From the NCBI RefSeq assembly GCF_009914755.1, contig NC_060945.1: a DNA stretch of 64,000 nt, one strand, 5' to 3'. Positions within the stretch are counted from its first letter, which is position 1, and every line of letters begins with the position of its first letter. Positions 30,201 to 46,400 of the stretch are shown in pieces. Position numbers and translations under genes: made by a program. Under the pieces are notes generated by a model, which was not told where the DNA came from, did not search any database, and saw only the letters and a program-made list of their open reading frames with translations. This DNA is from the human T2T-CHM13v2.0 reference genome, Homo sapiens.

Positions 30201-31300
30201 AGCCCAAAGTTATATTATACAGTGTACATGAAATATCAAAATTTACAAAATATATATTATATAATGTACATAAAATATCAAAGTACCCAAAGCAAGTATT
30301 ATATACTGTACATAAAAGATGAAAGTACATCAAATATATATTTTATTCTCTACGTAAAATATCAAAGTACACCAGATATATATTTTATAGTGTACATAAA
30401 ATATCAAAGTACCCAAACTATACATTACATACTGTACATAAAATATGAAATTACATGAAATATATATTATTTTAGGAACATAAATATGAAAGTACATCAA
30501 ATATAGATTATTAACTGTACATAGAATATCAAAGAATCCCAAATATATATTATATACTGTACATGAGATATCAAACTTCACAAACTATATATTATATACT
30601 GTACATAAAATATCAAACTACCCAAGGTATATATTCTATACTGTACAAAAAATATTAAAATACCCAAAGCATGTATTATATACTGTACATAAAATATGAA
30701 AGTATATCAAATATATATTTTATTCTGTACATAAAATATCAAAGTACACCAGATATATATTTTATAGTGTACATAAAATATCAAAGTACCCAAACTATAC
30801 ATTATATACTGTACATAAAATATGAAATCACATCAAATATATATTATATTAGGTACATAAAATATGAAAGTACTTCGAGTATAGATTATTTACTGTACAT
30901 AAAATATCAAAGTACCCCAAATATATATGATATACTGTACATGAAATATCAAAGTTCACAAACGATATATTATATACTGTAGATAAAATATCAAAGTACC
31001 CAAGGTTTATATTCTATACTGTACAAAAAATATCAAAGTACCCAAAGCATGTATTATATACTGTACATAAAAGATGAAAGTACATCAAATATATATTTTA
31101 TTCTGTACATAAAATAACAAAGTACACCAGATATATATTTTATAGTGTACATAAAATATGAAAGTACCCAAACTATACATTACATACTGTACATAAAATG
31201 TGGAATTACATCAAATATATATTATATTAGGTACATAAAATATGAAAGTACATCAAATATAGATTATATACTGTACATAAAATATCAAAGTACTCCAAAT
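27285..31300 (+). repeat. Divergent HSat1A sub-block (distinct subfamily, includes 8-monomer units)
   Basis: Monomer 2 ends TATTTTATAGTG rather than TATTCTATAGTG throughout. The 373-bp variant is absent. Private variants include TAGATGAT, AAGTAGCCC, AAAGATGAAAG, GATTATTAACTG and AAGAACCCC. Confidence 0.88.
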
Positions 31301-31949
31301 ATATATTACATACTCTACATGAAATATCAAAGTTCACAAACTATATATTATATACTGTACATAAAATATCAAAGTACCCAAGGTATATATTCTATACTGT
31401 ACAAAAAATATCAAAGTACCCAAAGCATGTATTATATACAGTAAATAAAATATGAAAGTACATCAATTATATATTTTATTCTGTACATAATATATCAAAG
31501 TACACCAGATATATATTCTATAGTGTACATAAAATAAGAAAGTACACAAACTATAAATTATATACTGAACATAAAATATGAAATTACATCAAATATATAT
31601 TAGGTACATAAAATATGAAAGTACATCAAATATAGATTATATACTGTACATAAAATATCAATGTACCCCAAATATATATTTTATATTCTACATGAAATAT
31701 CAAAGTTCAGAAACCATATATTGTATACTGTACATAAAATATCAAAATACCCAAGGTATATATTCTATACTGTACAAAAAATATCAAAGTACCCAAAGCA
31801 TGTATTATATACTGTAGATAAAATATGAAAGTACATCAAATATATATTTTATTCTGTACATAAAATATCAAAGTACACCAGATATATATTCTATAGTGTA
31901 CATAAAATATCAAAGTACACAAACTATACACTATATACTGTACATAAAA

Positions 31950-33820
31950 TATGAAATTACATCAAATATATATTAGGTACATAAAATATGAAAGTACATC
32001 AAATATAGATTATATACTGTACATAAAATATCAAAGTACCCAAATATATATCATATACTGTACATGAAATATCAAAGTTCTCAAACTATATATTATATAC
32101 TGTACATAAAATATCAAAGTACCCAAGGTATATATTCTATACTGCACAAAAAATATCAAAGTACCCAAAGCATGTATTATATACTGTATATAAAATATGA
32201 AATTACATCAAATATATATTTTATTCTGTACATAAAATATCAAAGTACACCAGATATATATTCTATACTGTACATAAAATAACAAAGTACACAAAGTATA
32301 AATTATATACTGTACATAAAATATGAAATTACATCAAATATATATTAGGTACATAAAATATGAAAGTACATCAAATATAGATTATATACTGTACATATAA
32401 TATCAAAGTACCCCAAATATATATTTTGTACTCTACATGGAATATCAAAGTTCACAAACCATATATTATATACTGTACATAAAATATCATGGTACCCAAG
32501 GTATATATTCTATACTGTACAAAAAATATCAAAGTACCCAAAGCATGTATTATATACTGTACATAAAATATGAAAGTACATCAAATATATATTTTATTCT
32601 GTTCGTAAAATGTCAAAGTACACCAGATATATATTCTATAGTGTACATAAAATATCAAAGTACCCAAACTATACATTATATACTGTACATAAAATATGAA
32701 ATTACATCAAATATATATTATATTAGGTACATAAAATATGAAAGTACATCAAATATAGATTATATACTGTACATAAAATATCAAAGTACCCCAAATATAT
32801 ATTATATACTGTACATGAAATATCAAAGTTCACAAACTATATATTATATACGGTACATAAAATATCAAAGTACCCAAGGTATATATTCTATACTGTAAAA
32901 AAAATATCAAAGTACCCAAAGCATGTATTATATACTGTACATAAAATATGAAAGTACATCAAATATATATTTTATTCTGTACATAAAATATCAAAGTACA
33001 CCAGATATATATTCTATAGTGTACATAAAATATCAAAGTACCCAAACTATACATTATATACTGTACATAAAATATGAAATTACATCAAATATATATTAGG
33101 TACATAAAATATGAAAGTACATCAAATATAGATTATATACTGTACATAAAATATGAAAGTACCCAAATATATATCATATACTGTACATGAAATATCAAAG
33201 TTCACAAACTATATATTATATACTGTACATAAAATATCAAAGTACCCAAGGTATATATTCTATACTGCACAAAAAATATCAAAGTACCCAAATCATGTAT
33301 TATAGACTGTATATAAAATATGAAATTACATCAAATATATATTTTATTCTGTACATAAAATATCAAAGTACACCAGATATATATTCTATAGTGTACATAA
33401 AATAACAAAGTACACAAAGTATAAATTATATACTGTACATAAAATATGAAATTACATCAAATATATATTAGGTACATAAAATATGAAAGTACATCAAATA
33501 TAGATTTTATACTGTACATATAATATCAAAGTACCCCAAATATATATTTTGTACTCTACATGGAATATCAAAGTTCACAAACCATATATTATATACTGTA
33601 CATAAAATATCAAGGTACCCAAGGTATATATTCTATACTGTACAAAAAATATCAAAGTACCCAAAGCATGTGTTATATACTGTACATAAAATATGAAAGT
33701 ACATCAAATATATATTTTATTCTGTACGTAAAATTTCAAAGTACACCAGATATATATTCTATAGTGTACATAAAATATCAAAGTACCCAAACTATAAACT
33801 ATATACTGTACATAAAATAT
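31950..33820 (+). repeat. Local duplication, period 1123 bp (3 HOR units)
   Basis: ORF pairs 32064/33187 and 32437/33560. Shared variants ATATCATATACTG, ACAAAGTATAAA and CTACATGGAAT. Confidence 0.82.
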
Positions 33821-36800
33821 GAAATTACATCAAATATATATTAGGTACATAAAATATGAAAGTACATCAAATATAGATTATATACTGTACATAAAATATC
33901 AATGTACCCCAAATATATATTTTATACTCTACATGAAATATCAAAGTTCACAAACCATATATTGTATACTGTACATAAAATATCAAAGTACCCAAGGTAT
34001 ATATTCTATACTATACAAAAAATATCAAAGTACCCAAAGCATGTATTATATACTGTACCTAAAATGTGAAAGTACATCAAATATATATTTTATTCTGTAC
34101 ATAAAATATCAAAGTACACCAGATATATATTCTATAGTGTACACAAAATATCAAAGTACCCAAACTATACATTACATACTGTACATAAAATATGAAATTA
34201 CATCAAATATATTTTATATTAGGTACATAAAATATGAAAGTACATCAAATATAGATTATACACTGTACATTAAATACCAAAGTACCCCAAATATATATTT
34301 TATACTGTACATGAAATATCAAACTTCACAAATTATATATTATATAGTGTACATATAATATCAAAGTACCCAAGGTATATATTCTATACTGTACAAAAAA
34401 TAACAAAGTACCAAAAGCATGTATAATATACAGTACATAAAATATGAAAGTACATCAAATATATATTTTATTCTGTACATAAAATATCAAAGTACACCAG
34501 ATATATATTCTATAGTGTACATAAAATATAAAAGTACCCAAACTATACATTATATACTGTACATAAAATATGTAATTACATCAAATATATATTATATTAG
34601 GTACATAAAATATGAAAGTACATCAAATATAGATTATATACTGTACATTAAATACCAAAGTACCCCAAATATATATTTTATACTGTACATGAAATATCAA
34701 AGTTCACAAACTATATGTTATATACTGTACATAAAATATCAAAGTACCCAAGGTATGTATTCTATACTGTACAAAAAATATCACAGTACCCAAAGCATGT
34801 ATTATATACTGTACATAAAATATGAAAGTACATCAAATATATATTTTATTCTGTACATAAAATATCAAAGTACACCAGATATATATTCCATAGTGTACAT
34901 AAAATATCAAAGTACCCAAACTATACATTATATACTGTACATAAAATATGAGATTACATCAAATATATATTTTATTAGCTACATAAAATATGAAAGTACA
35001 TCAGATATAGATTATATACTGTACATAAAATATCAAAGTACCCCAAATATGTATTATATACTCTACATGAAATATCAAAGTTCACAAACTATATATTATA
35101 TACTGTAGATAAAATATCAAAGTACCCAAGGTATATATTCTATACTGTAGAAAAAATATCAAAGTACCCAAAGCATGTATTATATACTGTATATAAAATA
35201 TGAAAGTACATCAAATATATATTTTATTCTGTACATAATATATCAAAGTACACCAGATATATATTCTATACTGTACATAAAATAACAAAGTACAAAAACT
35301 ATAAATTATATACTGTACATAAAATATGAAATTACATCAAATATATATTAGGTACATAAAATATGAAAGTACATCAAATATAGATTATATACTGTACTTA
35401 AAATTTCAATGTACCCCAAATATATATTTTATACTCTACATGAAATATCAAAGTTCACAAACCATATATTATATACTGTACATAAAATATCAAAGTACCC
35501 AAGGTATATATTCTATACTATACAAAAAATATCAAAGTACCCAAAGCATGTATTATATACTGTACCTAAAATATGAATGTACATCAAATATATATTTTAT
35601 TCTGTACATAAAATATCAAAGTACACCAGATATATATTCTATAGTGTACACAAAATATCAAAGTACCCAAACTATACATTATATACTGTACATAAAATAT
35701 GAAATTACATCAAATATATTTTATATTAGGTACATAAAATACGAAAGTACATCAAATATAGATTATATACTGTACATTAAATACCAAAGTACCCCAAATA
35801 TATATTTTATACTGTACATGAAATATCAAAGTTCACAAATTATATATTATATACTGTACATATAATATCAAAGTACACAAGGTATATATTCTATACTGTA
35901 CAAAAAATAACAAAGTACCAAAAGCATGTATAATATACTGTACATAAAATATGAAAGTACATCAAATATATATTTTATTCTGTACATAAAATATCAAAGT
36001 ACACCAGATATATATTCTATAGAGTACATAAAATATCAAAGTACCCAAACTATACATTATATACTGTAAATAAAATATGAAATTACATCAAATATATTTT
36101 ATATTAGGTACATAAAATATGAAAGTACATCAAATATAGATTATATACTGTACATAATATATCAAAGTAACCCAAATATATATTATATACTCTACATGAA
36201 ATATCAAAGTTCACAAACAATATATTATATACTGTACATAAAATATCAAAGTACCCAAGGTATATATTCTATACTGCACAAAAAAATCAAAGTACCCAAA
36301 GCATGTATTATATACTGTATATAAAATATGAAAGTACATCAGATATATATTTTATTCTCTACATAATATATCAAAGTACACCAGATATATATTCTATAGT
36401 GTACATAAAATAACAAAGTACACAAACTATACATTATATACTGTACATAAAATATGAAATTACATCAAATATATATTAGGTACATAAAATATGAAAGTAC
36501 ATCAAATATAGATTATATACTGTACATAAAATATCAATGTACCCCAAATATATATTTTATACTCTACATGAAATATCAAAGTTCACAAACCATATATTGT
36601 ATACTGTACATAAAATATCAAAGTACACAAGGTATGTATTCTATACTGTACAAAAAATATCAAAGTACCCAAAGCATGTATTATATACTGTACATAAAAT
36701 ATGAAAGTACATCAAATATATATTTTATTCTGTACATATAATATCAAAGTACACCAGATATATATTCTATAGTGTACATAAAATATCAAAGTACCCAAAC

Positions 36801-39800
36801 TATACATTATATACTGTACATAAAATATGAAATTACATCAAATATATATTAGGTACATAAAATATGAAAGTACATCAAATATAGATTATATACTGTACAT
36901 AAAATATCAAAGTACCCCAAATATATATTATATACTCTACAGGAAATATCAAAGTTCACACACTATATATTATATACTGTACATAAAATATCAAAGTACC
37001 CAAGGTATATATTCTATACTGTACAAAAAATATCAAAGTACCCAAAGCATGTATTATATACTGTACATAAAATATGAAAGTACATCAAATATATATTTTA
37101 TTCTGTACATAATATATCAAAGTACACCAGATATATATTCTATAGTGTACATAAAATAACAAAGTACACAAACTATACATTATATAATGTACATAAAATA
37201 TGAAATTACATCAAATATATATTAGGTACATAAAATATGAAAGTACATCAAATATAGATTATATACTGTACATAAAATATCAATGTACCCCAAATATATA
37301 TTTTATACTTTACATGAAATATCAAAGTTCACAAACCATATATTGTATACTGTACATAAAATATCAAAGTACCCAAGGTATATGTTCTATACTGTACAAA
37401 AAATATCAAAGTACCCAAAGCATGTATTATATACTGTACATAAAATATGAAAGTACATCAAATATATATTTTATTCTGTACATAAAATATCAAAGTACAC
37501 CAGATATATATTCTATAGTGTACATAAAATATCAAAGTACCCAAACTATACATTATATACTGTACATAAAATATGAAATTACATCAAATATATATTATAT
37601 TAGGTACATAAAATATGAAAGTACATCAAATATAGATTATATACTGTACATAAAATATCAAAGTACCCCAAATATATATTATATACTCTACATGAAATAT
37701 CAAAGTTCACAAACTATATATTATATACTGTACATAAAATATCAAAGTACCCAAGGTATATATTCTATACTATACAAAAAATATCAAAGTACCCAAAGCA
37801 TGTATTATATACTGTACCTAAAATATGAAAGTACATCAAATATATATTTTATTCTGTACATAAAATATCAAAGTACACCAGATATATATTCTATAGTGTA
37901 CATAAAATATCAAAGTACCCAAACTATACATTATATACTGTAAATAAAATATGAAATTACATCAAATATATTTTATATTAGGTACATAAAATATGAAAGT
38001 ACATCAAATATAGATTATATACTGTACATTAAATACCAAAGTACCCCAAATATATATTTTATACTGTACATGAAATATCAAAGTTCACAAACTATATATT
38101 ATATACTGTACATAAATTATCAAAGTACCCAAGGTATATATTCTATACTGTAGAAAAAATATCAAAGTACCCAAAGCATGTATTATATACTGTACATAAA
38201 ATATGAAAGTACATCAAATATATATTTTATTCAGTACATAATATATCAAAGTACACCAGATATATATTCTATAGTGTACATAAAATAACAAAGTACACAA
38301 ACTATACATTATATACTGTACATAAAATATGAAATTACATCAAATATATATTAGGTACATAAAATATGAAAGTACGTAAAATATAGATTATATACTGTAC
38401 ATAAAATATCAATGTACCCCAAATATATATTTTATACTATACATGAAATATCAAAGTTCACAAACCATATATTGTATACTGTACATAAAATATCAAAGTA
38501 CCCAAGGTATATGTTCTATACTGTACAAAAAATATCAAAGTACCCAAAGCATGTATTATATACTGTACATAAAATATGAAAGTACATCAAATATATATTT
38601 TATTCTGTACATAAAATATCAAAGTGCACCAGATATATATTCTATAGTGTACATAAAATATCAAAGTACCCAAACTATACATTACATACTGTACATAAAA
38701 TATGAAATTACATCAAATATATTTTATATTAGGTACATAAAATATGAAAGTACATCAAATATAGATTATACACTGTACATTAAATACCAAAGTACCCCAA
38801 ATATATATTTTATACTGTACATGAAATATCAAACTTCACAAATTATATATTATATAGTGTACATATAATATCAAAGTACCCAAGGTATATATTCTATACT
38901 GTACAAAAAACAACAAAGTACCAAAAGCATGTATAATATACTGTACATAAAATATGAAAGTACATCAAATATATATTTTATTCTGTACATAAAATATCAA
39001 AGTACACCAGATATATATTCTATAGTGTACATAAAATATAAAAGTACCCAAACTATACATTATATACTGTACATAAAATATGTAATTACATCAAATATAT
39101 ATTATATTAGGTACATAAAATATGAAAGTACATCAAATATAGATTATATACTGTACATTAAATACCAAAGCACCCCAAATATATATTTTATACTGTACAT
39201 GAAATTTCAAAGTTCACAAACTATATATTATATACTGTACATAAAATATCAAAGTACCCAAGGTATATATTCTATACTGTACAAAAAATATCAAAGTACC
39301 CAAAGCATGTATTATATACTGTACATAAAATATGAAAGTACATCAAATATATATTTTATTCTGTACATAAAATATCAAAGTACACCAGATATATATTCTA
39401 TAGTGTACATAAAATATCAAAGTACCCAAACTATACATTATATACTGTACATAAAATATGAAATTACATCAAATATATATTATATTAGGTACATAAAATA
39501 TGAAAGTACATCAAATATAGATTATACACTGTACATAAAATATCAAAGTACCCCAAATATATATTATATACTCTACATGAAATATCAAAGTTCACAAACT
39601 ATGTATTATATACTGTACATAAAATAAAGTCCCCAAGGTATATATTCTATACTGTAGAAAAAATATCAAAGTACCCAAAGCATGTATTATATACTGTATA
39701 TAAAATATGAAATTACATCAAATATATATTTTATTCTGTACATAATATATCAAAGTACACCAGATATATATTCTATAGTGTACATAAAATAACAAAGTAC

Positions 39801-40415
39801 AAAAACTATAAATTATATACTGTACATAAAATATGAAATTACATCAAATATATATTAGGTACATAAAATATGAAAGTACATCAAATATAGATTATGTACT
39901 GTACATAAAATTTCAATGTACCCCAAATATATATTTTATACTCTACATGAAATATCAAAGTTCACAAACCATGTATTATATACTGTACATAAAATATCAA
40001 AGTACCCAAGGTATATATTCTATACTATACAAAAAATATCAAAGTACCCATAGCATGTATTATATACTGTACCTAAAATATGAAAGTACATCAAATATAT
40101 ATTTTATTCTGTACATAAAATATGAAAGTACACCAGATATATATTCTATAGTGTACATAAAATATCAAAGTACCCAAACTATACATTATATACTGTACAT
40201 AAAATATGAAATTACATCAAATATATATTATATTAGGTACATAAAATATGAAAGTACATCAAATATAGATTATACACTGTACATAAAATATCAAAGTACC
40301 CCAAATATATATTATATACTCTACATGAAATATCAAAGTTCACAAACTATATATTATATACTGTACATAAAATAATGTCCCCAAGGTATATATTCTATAC
40401 TGTAGAAAAAATATC

Positions 40416-43400
40416 AAAGTACCCAAAGCATGTATTATATACTGTATATAAAATATGAAAGTACATCAAATATATATTTTATTCTGTACATAATATATCA
40501 AAGTACACCAGATATATATTCTATAGTGTACATAAAATAACAAAGTACAAAAACTATAAATTATATACTGTACATAAAATATGAAATTACATCAAATATA
40601 TATTAGGTACATAAAATATGAAAGTACATCAAATATAGATTATATACTGTACATAAAATTTCAATGTACCCCAAATATATATTTTATACTCTACATGAAA
40701 TATCAAAGTTTACAAACCATATATTATATACTGTACATAAAATATCAAAGTAGCCAAGGTATATATTCTATACTATACAAAAAATATCAAAGTACCCAAA
40801 GCATGTATTATATACTGTACCTAAAATATGAATGTACATCAAATATATATTTTATTCTGTACATAAAGTATCAAAGTACACCAGATATATATTCTATAGT
40901 GTACACAAAATATCAAAGTACCCAAACTATGCATTATATACTGTACATAAAATATGAAATTACATCAAATATATTTTATATTAGGTACAAAAAATATGAA
41001 AGTACATCAAATATAGATTATATACTGTACATTAAATACCAAAGTACCCCAAATATATATTTTATACTGTACATGAAATATCAAAGTTCACAAACTATAT
41101 ATTATATACTGTACATATAATATCAAAGTACACAAGGTATATATTCTATACTGTACAAAAAATAACAAAGTACCAAAAGCATGTATAATATACTGTACAT
41201 AAAATATGAAAGTACATCAAATATATATTTTATTCTGTACATAAAATATCAAAGTACACCAGATATATATTCTATAGTGTACATAAAATATCAAAGTACC
41301 CAAACTATACATTATATACTGTAAATAAAATATGAAATTACATCAAATATATTTTATATTAGGTACATAAAATATGAAAGTACATCAAATATAGATTATA
41401 TACTGTACATAATATATCAAAGTAACCCAAATATATATTATATACTCTACATGAAATATCAAAGTTCACAAACAATATATTATATACTGTACATAAAATA
41501 TCAAAGTACCCAAGGTATATATTCTATACTGCACAAAAAAATCAAAGTACCCAAAGCATGTAGTATATACTGTATATAAAATATGAAAGTTCATCAAATA
41601 TATATTTTATTCTCTACGTAATATATCAAAGTACACCAGATATATATTCTATAGTGTACATAAAATATCAAAGTACCCAAACTATACATTATATACTGTG
41701 CATAAAATATGAAATTACATCAAATATATATTAGGTACATAAAATATGAAAGTACATCAAATATAGATTATATACTGTACATAAAATATCAATGTACCCC
41801 AAATATATATTTTATACTTTACATGAAATATCAAAGTTCACAAACCATATATTGTATACTGTACATAAAATATCAAAGTACCCAAGGTATATGTTCTATA
41901 CTGTACAAAAAATATCAAAGTACCCAAAGCATGTATTATATACTGTACATAAAATATGAAAGTACATCAAATATATATTTTATTCTGTACATAAAATATC
42001 AAAGTACACCAGATATATATTCTATAGTGTACATAAAATATCAAAGTACCCAAACTATACATTATATACTGTAAATAAAATATGAGATTACATCAAATAT
42101 ATATTATATTAGGTACATAAAATATGAAAGTACATCAACTATAGATTATATACTGTACATTAAATACCAAAGTACCCCAAATATATATTTTATACTGTAC
42201 ATGAAATATCAAAGTTCACAAACTATATATTATATACTGTACATAAAATATCAAAGTACCCAAGGTATATATTCTATACTGTACAAAAAATATCAAAGTA
42301 CCCAAAGCATGTATTATATACTGTACCTAAAATATGAAAGTACATCAAATATATATTTTATTCTGTACATAAAATATCAAAGTACACCAGATATATATTC
42401 TATAGTGTACATAAAATATGAAAGTACCCAAACTATACATTATATACTGTACATAAAATATGAAATTACATCAAATATATATTATATTAGGTACATAAAA
42501 TATGAAAGTACATCAAATATAGATTATACACTGTACATAAAATATCAAAGTACCCAAAATATATATTATATACTCTACATGAAATATCAAAGTTCACAAA
42601 CTATATATTATATACTGTACATAAAATAAAGTCCCCAAGATATATATTCTATACTGTAGAAAAAATATCAAAGTACCCAAAGCATGTATTATATACTGTA
42701 TATAAAATATGAAAGTACATCAAATATATATTTTATTCTGTACATAATATATCAAAGTACACCAGATATATATTCTATAGTGTACATAAAATAACAAAGT
42801 ACAAAAACTATAAATTATATACTGTACATAAAATATGAAATTACATCAAATATATATTAGGTACATAAAATATGAAAGTACATCAAATATAGATTATATA
42901 CTGTACATAAAATTTCAATGTACCCCAAATATATATTTTATACTCTACATGAAATATCAAAGTTCACAAACCATATATTATATACTGTACATAAAATATC
43001 AAAGTACCCAAGGTATATATTCTATACTATACAAAAAATACCAAAGTACCCAAAGCATGTATTATATACTGTACCTAAAATATGAATGTACATCAAATAT
43101 ATATTTTATTCTGTACATAAAATATCAAAGTACACCAGATATATATTCTATAGTGTACACAAAATATCAAAGTACCCAAACTATACATTATATACTGTAC
43201 ATAAAATATGAAATTACATCAAATATATTTTATATTAGGTACATAAAATATGAAAGTACATCAAATATAGATTATATACTGTACATTAAATACCAAAGTA
43301 CCCCAAATATATATTTTATAGTGTACATGAAATATCAAAGTTCACAAACTATATATTATATACTGTACATATAATATCAAAGTACCCAAGGTATATATTC

Positions 43401-46400
43401 TATACTGTACAAAAAATAACAAAGTACCAAAAGCATGTATAATACACTGTACATAAAATATGAAAGTACATCAAATATATATTTTATTCTGTACATAAAA
43501 TATCAAAGTACACCAGATATATATTCTATAGTGTACATAAAATATCAAAGTACCCAAACTATACATTATATACTGTAAATAAAATACGACATTACATCAA
43601 ATATATTTTATATTAGGTACATAAAATATGAAAGTACATCAAATATAGATTATATACTGTACATAATATATCAAAGTAACCCAAATATATATTATATACT
43701 CTACATGAAATATCAAAGTTCACAAACAATATATTATATACTGTACATAAAATATCAAAGTACCCAAGGTATATATTCTATACTGCACAAAAAAATCAAA
43801 GTACCCAAAGCATGTATTATATACTGTATATAAAATATGAAAGTACATCAAATATATATTTTATTCTCTACATAATATATCAAAGTACACCAGATATATA
43901 TTCTATAGTGTACATAAAATAACAAAGTACACAAACTATAAATTATATACTGTACATAAAATATGAAATTACATCAAATATATATTAGGTACATAAAATA
44001 TGAAAGTACATCAAATATAGATTATATACTGTACATAAAATATCAATGTACCCCAAATATATATTTTATACTCTACATGAAATATCAAATTTCACAAACC
44101 ATATATTATATACTGTACATAAATATCAAAGTACCCAAGGTATGTATTCTATACTGTACAAAAAATATCAAAGTACCCAAAGCATGTATAATACACTGTA
44201 CATAAAATATGAAAGTACATCAAATATATATTTTATTCTGTACATAAAATATCAAAGTACACCAGATATATATTCTATAGTGTACATAAAATATCAAAGT
44301 ACCCAAACTATACATTATATACTGTAAATAAAATACGAAATTACATCAAATATATTTTATATTAGGTACATAAAATATGAAAGTACATCAAATATAGATT
44401 ATATACTGTACATAATATATCAAAGTAACCCAAATATATATTATATACTCTACATGAAATATCAAAGTTCACAAACAATATATTATATACTGTACATAAA
44501 ATATCAAAGTACCCAAGGTATATATTCTATACTGCACAAAAAAATCAAAGTACCCAAAGCATGTATTATATACTGTATATAAAATATGAAAGTACATCAA
44601 ATATATATTTTATTCTCTACATAATATATCAAAGTACACCAGATATATATTCTATAGTGTACATAAAATAACAAAGTACACAAACTATAAATTATATACT
44701 GTACATAAAATATGAAATTACATCAAATATATATTAGGTACATAAAATATGAAAGTACATCAAATATAGATTATATACTGTACATAAAATATCAATGTAC
44801 CCCAAATATATATTTTATACTCTACATGAAATATCAAATTTCACAAACCATATATTATATACTGTACATAAATATCAAAGTACCCAAGGTATGTATTCTA
44901 TACTGTACAAAAAATATCAAAGTACCCAAAGCATGTATTATATACTGTATATAAAATATGAAAGTACATCAAATATATATTTTATTCTGTACATAATATA
45001 TCAAAGTACACCAGATATATATTCTATAGTGTACATAAAATAACAAAGTACAAAAACTATAAATTATATACTGTACATAAAATATGAAATTACATCAAAT
45101 ATATATTAGGTACATAAAATATGAAAGTACATCAAATATAGATTATATACTGTACATAAAATTTCAATGTACCCCAAATATATATTTTATACTCTACATG
45201 AAATATCAAAGTTTACAAACCATATATTATATACTGTACATAAAATATCAAAGTAGCCAAGGTATATATTCTATACTATACAAAAAATATCAAAGTACCC
45301 AAAGCATGTATTATATACTGTACCTAAAATATGAATGTACATCAAATATATATTTTATTCTGTACATAAAGTATCAAAGTACACCAGATATATATTCTAT
45401 AGTGTACACAAAATATCAAAGTACCCAAACTATGCATTATATACTGTACATAAAATATGAAATTACATCAAATATATTTTATATTAGGTACAAAAAATAT
45501 GAAAGTACATCAAATATAGATTATATACTGTACATTAAATACCAAAGTACCCCAAATATATATTTTATACTGTACATGAAATATCAAAGTTCACAAACTA
45601 TATATTATATACTGTACATATAATATCAAAGTACACAAGGTATATATTCTATACTGTACAAAAAATAACAAAGTACCAAAAGCATGTATAATATACTGTA
45701 CATAAAATATGAAAGTACATCAAATATATATTTTATTCTGTACATAAAATATCAAAGTACACCAGATATATATTCTATAGTGTACATAAAATATCAAAGT
45801 ACCCAAACTATACATTATATACTGTAAATAAAATATGAAATTACATCAAATATATTTTATATTAGGTACATAAAATATGAAAGTACATCAAATATAGATT
45901 ATATACTGTACATAATATATCAAAGTAACCCAAATATATATTATATACTCTACATGAAATATCAAAGTTCACAAACAATATATTATATACTGTACATAAA
46001 ATATCAAAGTACCCAAGGTATATATTCTATACTGCACAAAAAAATCAAAGTACCCAAAGCATGTAGTATATACTGTATATAAAATATGAAAGTTCATCAA
46101 ATATATATTTTATTCTCTACGTAATATATCAAAGTACACCAGATATATATTCTATAGTGTACATAAAATATCAAAGTACCCAAACTATACATTATATACT
46201 GTGCATAAAATATGAAATTACATCAAATATATATTAGGTACATAAAATATGAAAGTACATCAAATATAGATTATATACTGTACATAAAATATCAATGTAC
46301 CCCAAATATATATTTTATACTTTACATGAAATATCAAAGTTCACAAACCATATATTGTATACTGTACATAAAATATCAAAGTACCCAAGGTATATGTTCT

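Noticed and set aside
16665-30581. Minus-strand ORFs suggesting inversions or antisense genes
   Set aside because: The repeat keeps the same orientation throughout. These ORFs arise where point variants remove minus-strand stop codons.
27285-31300. Possible mobile element or foreign insertion at the divergent block
   Set aside because: The sequence is still the same 42-bp satellite, with no target-site duplication, poly(A) tail, LTR, or Alu/L1 sequence.
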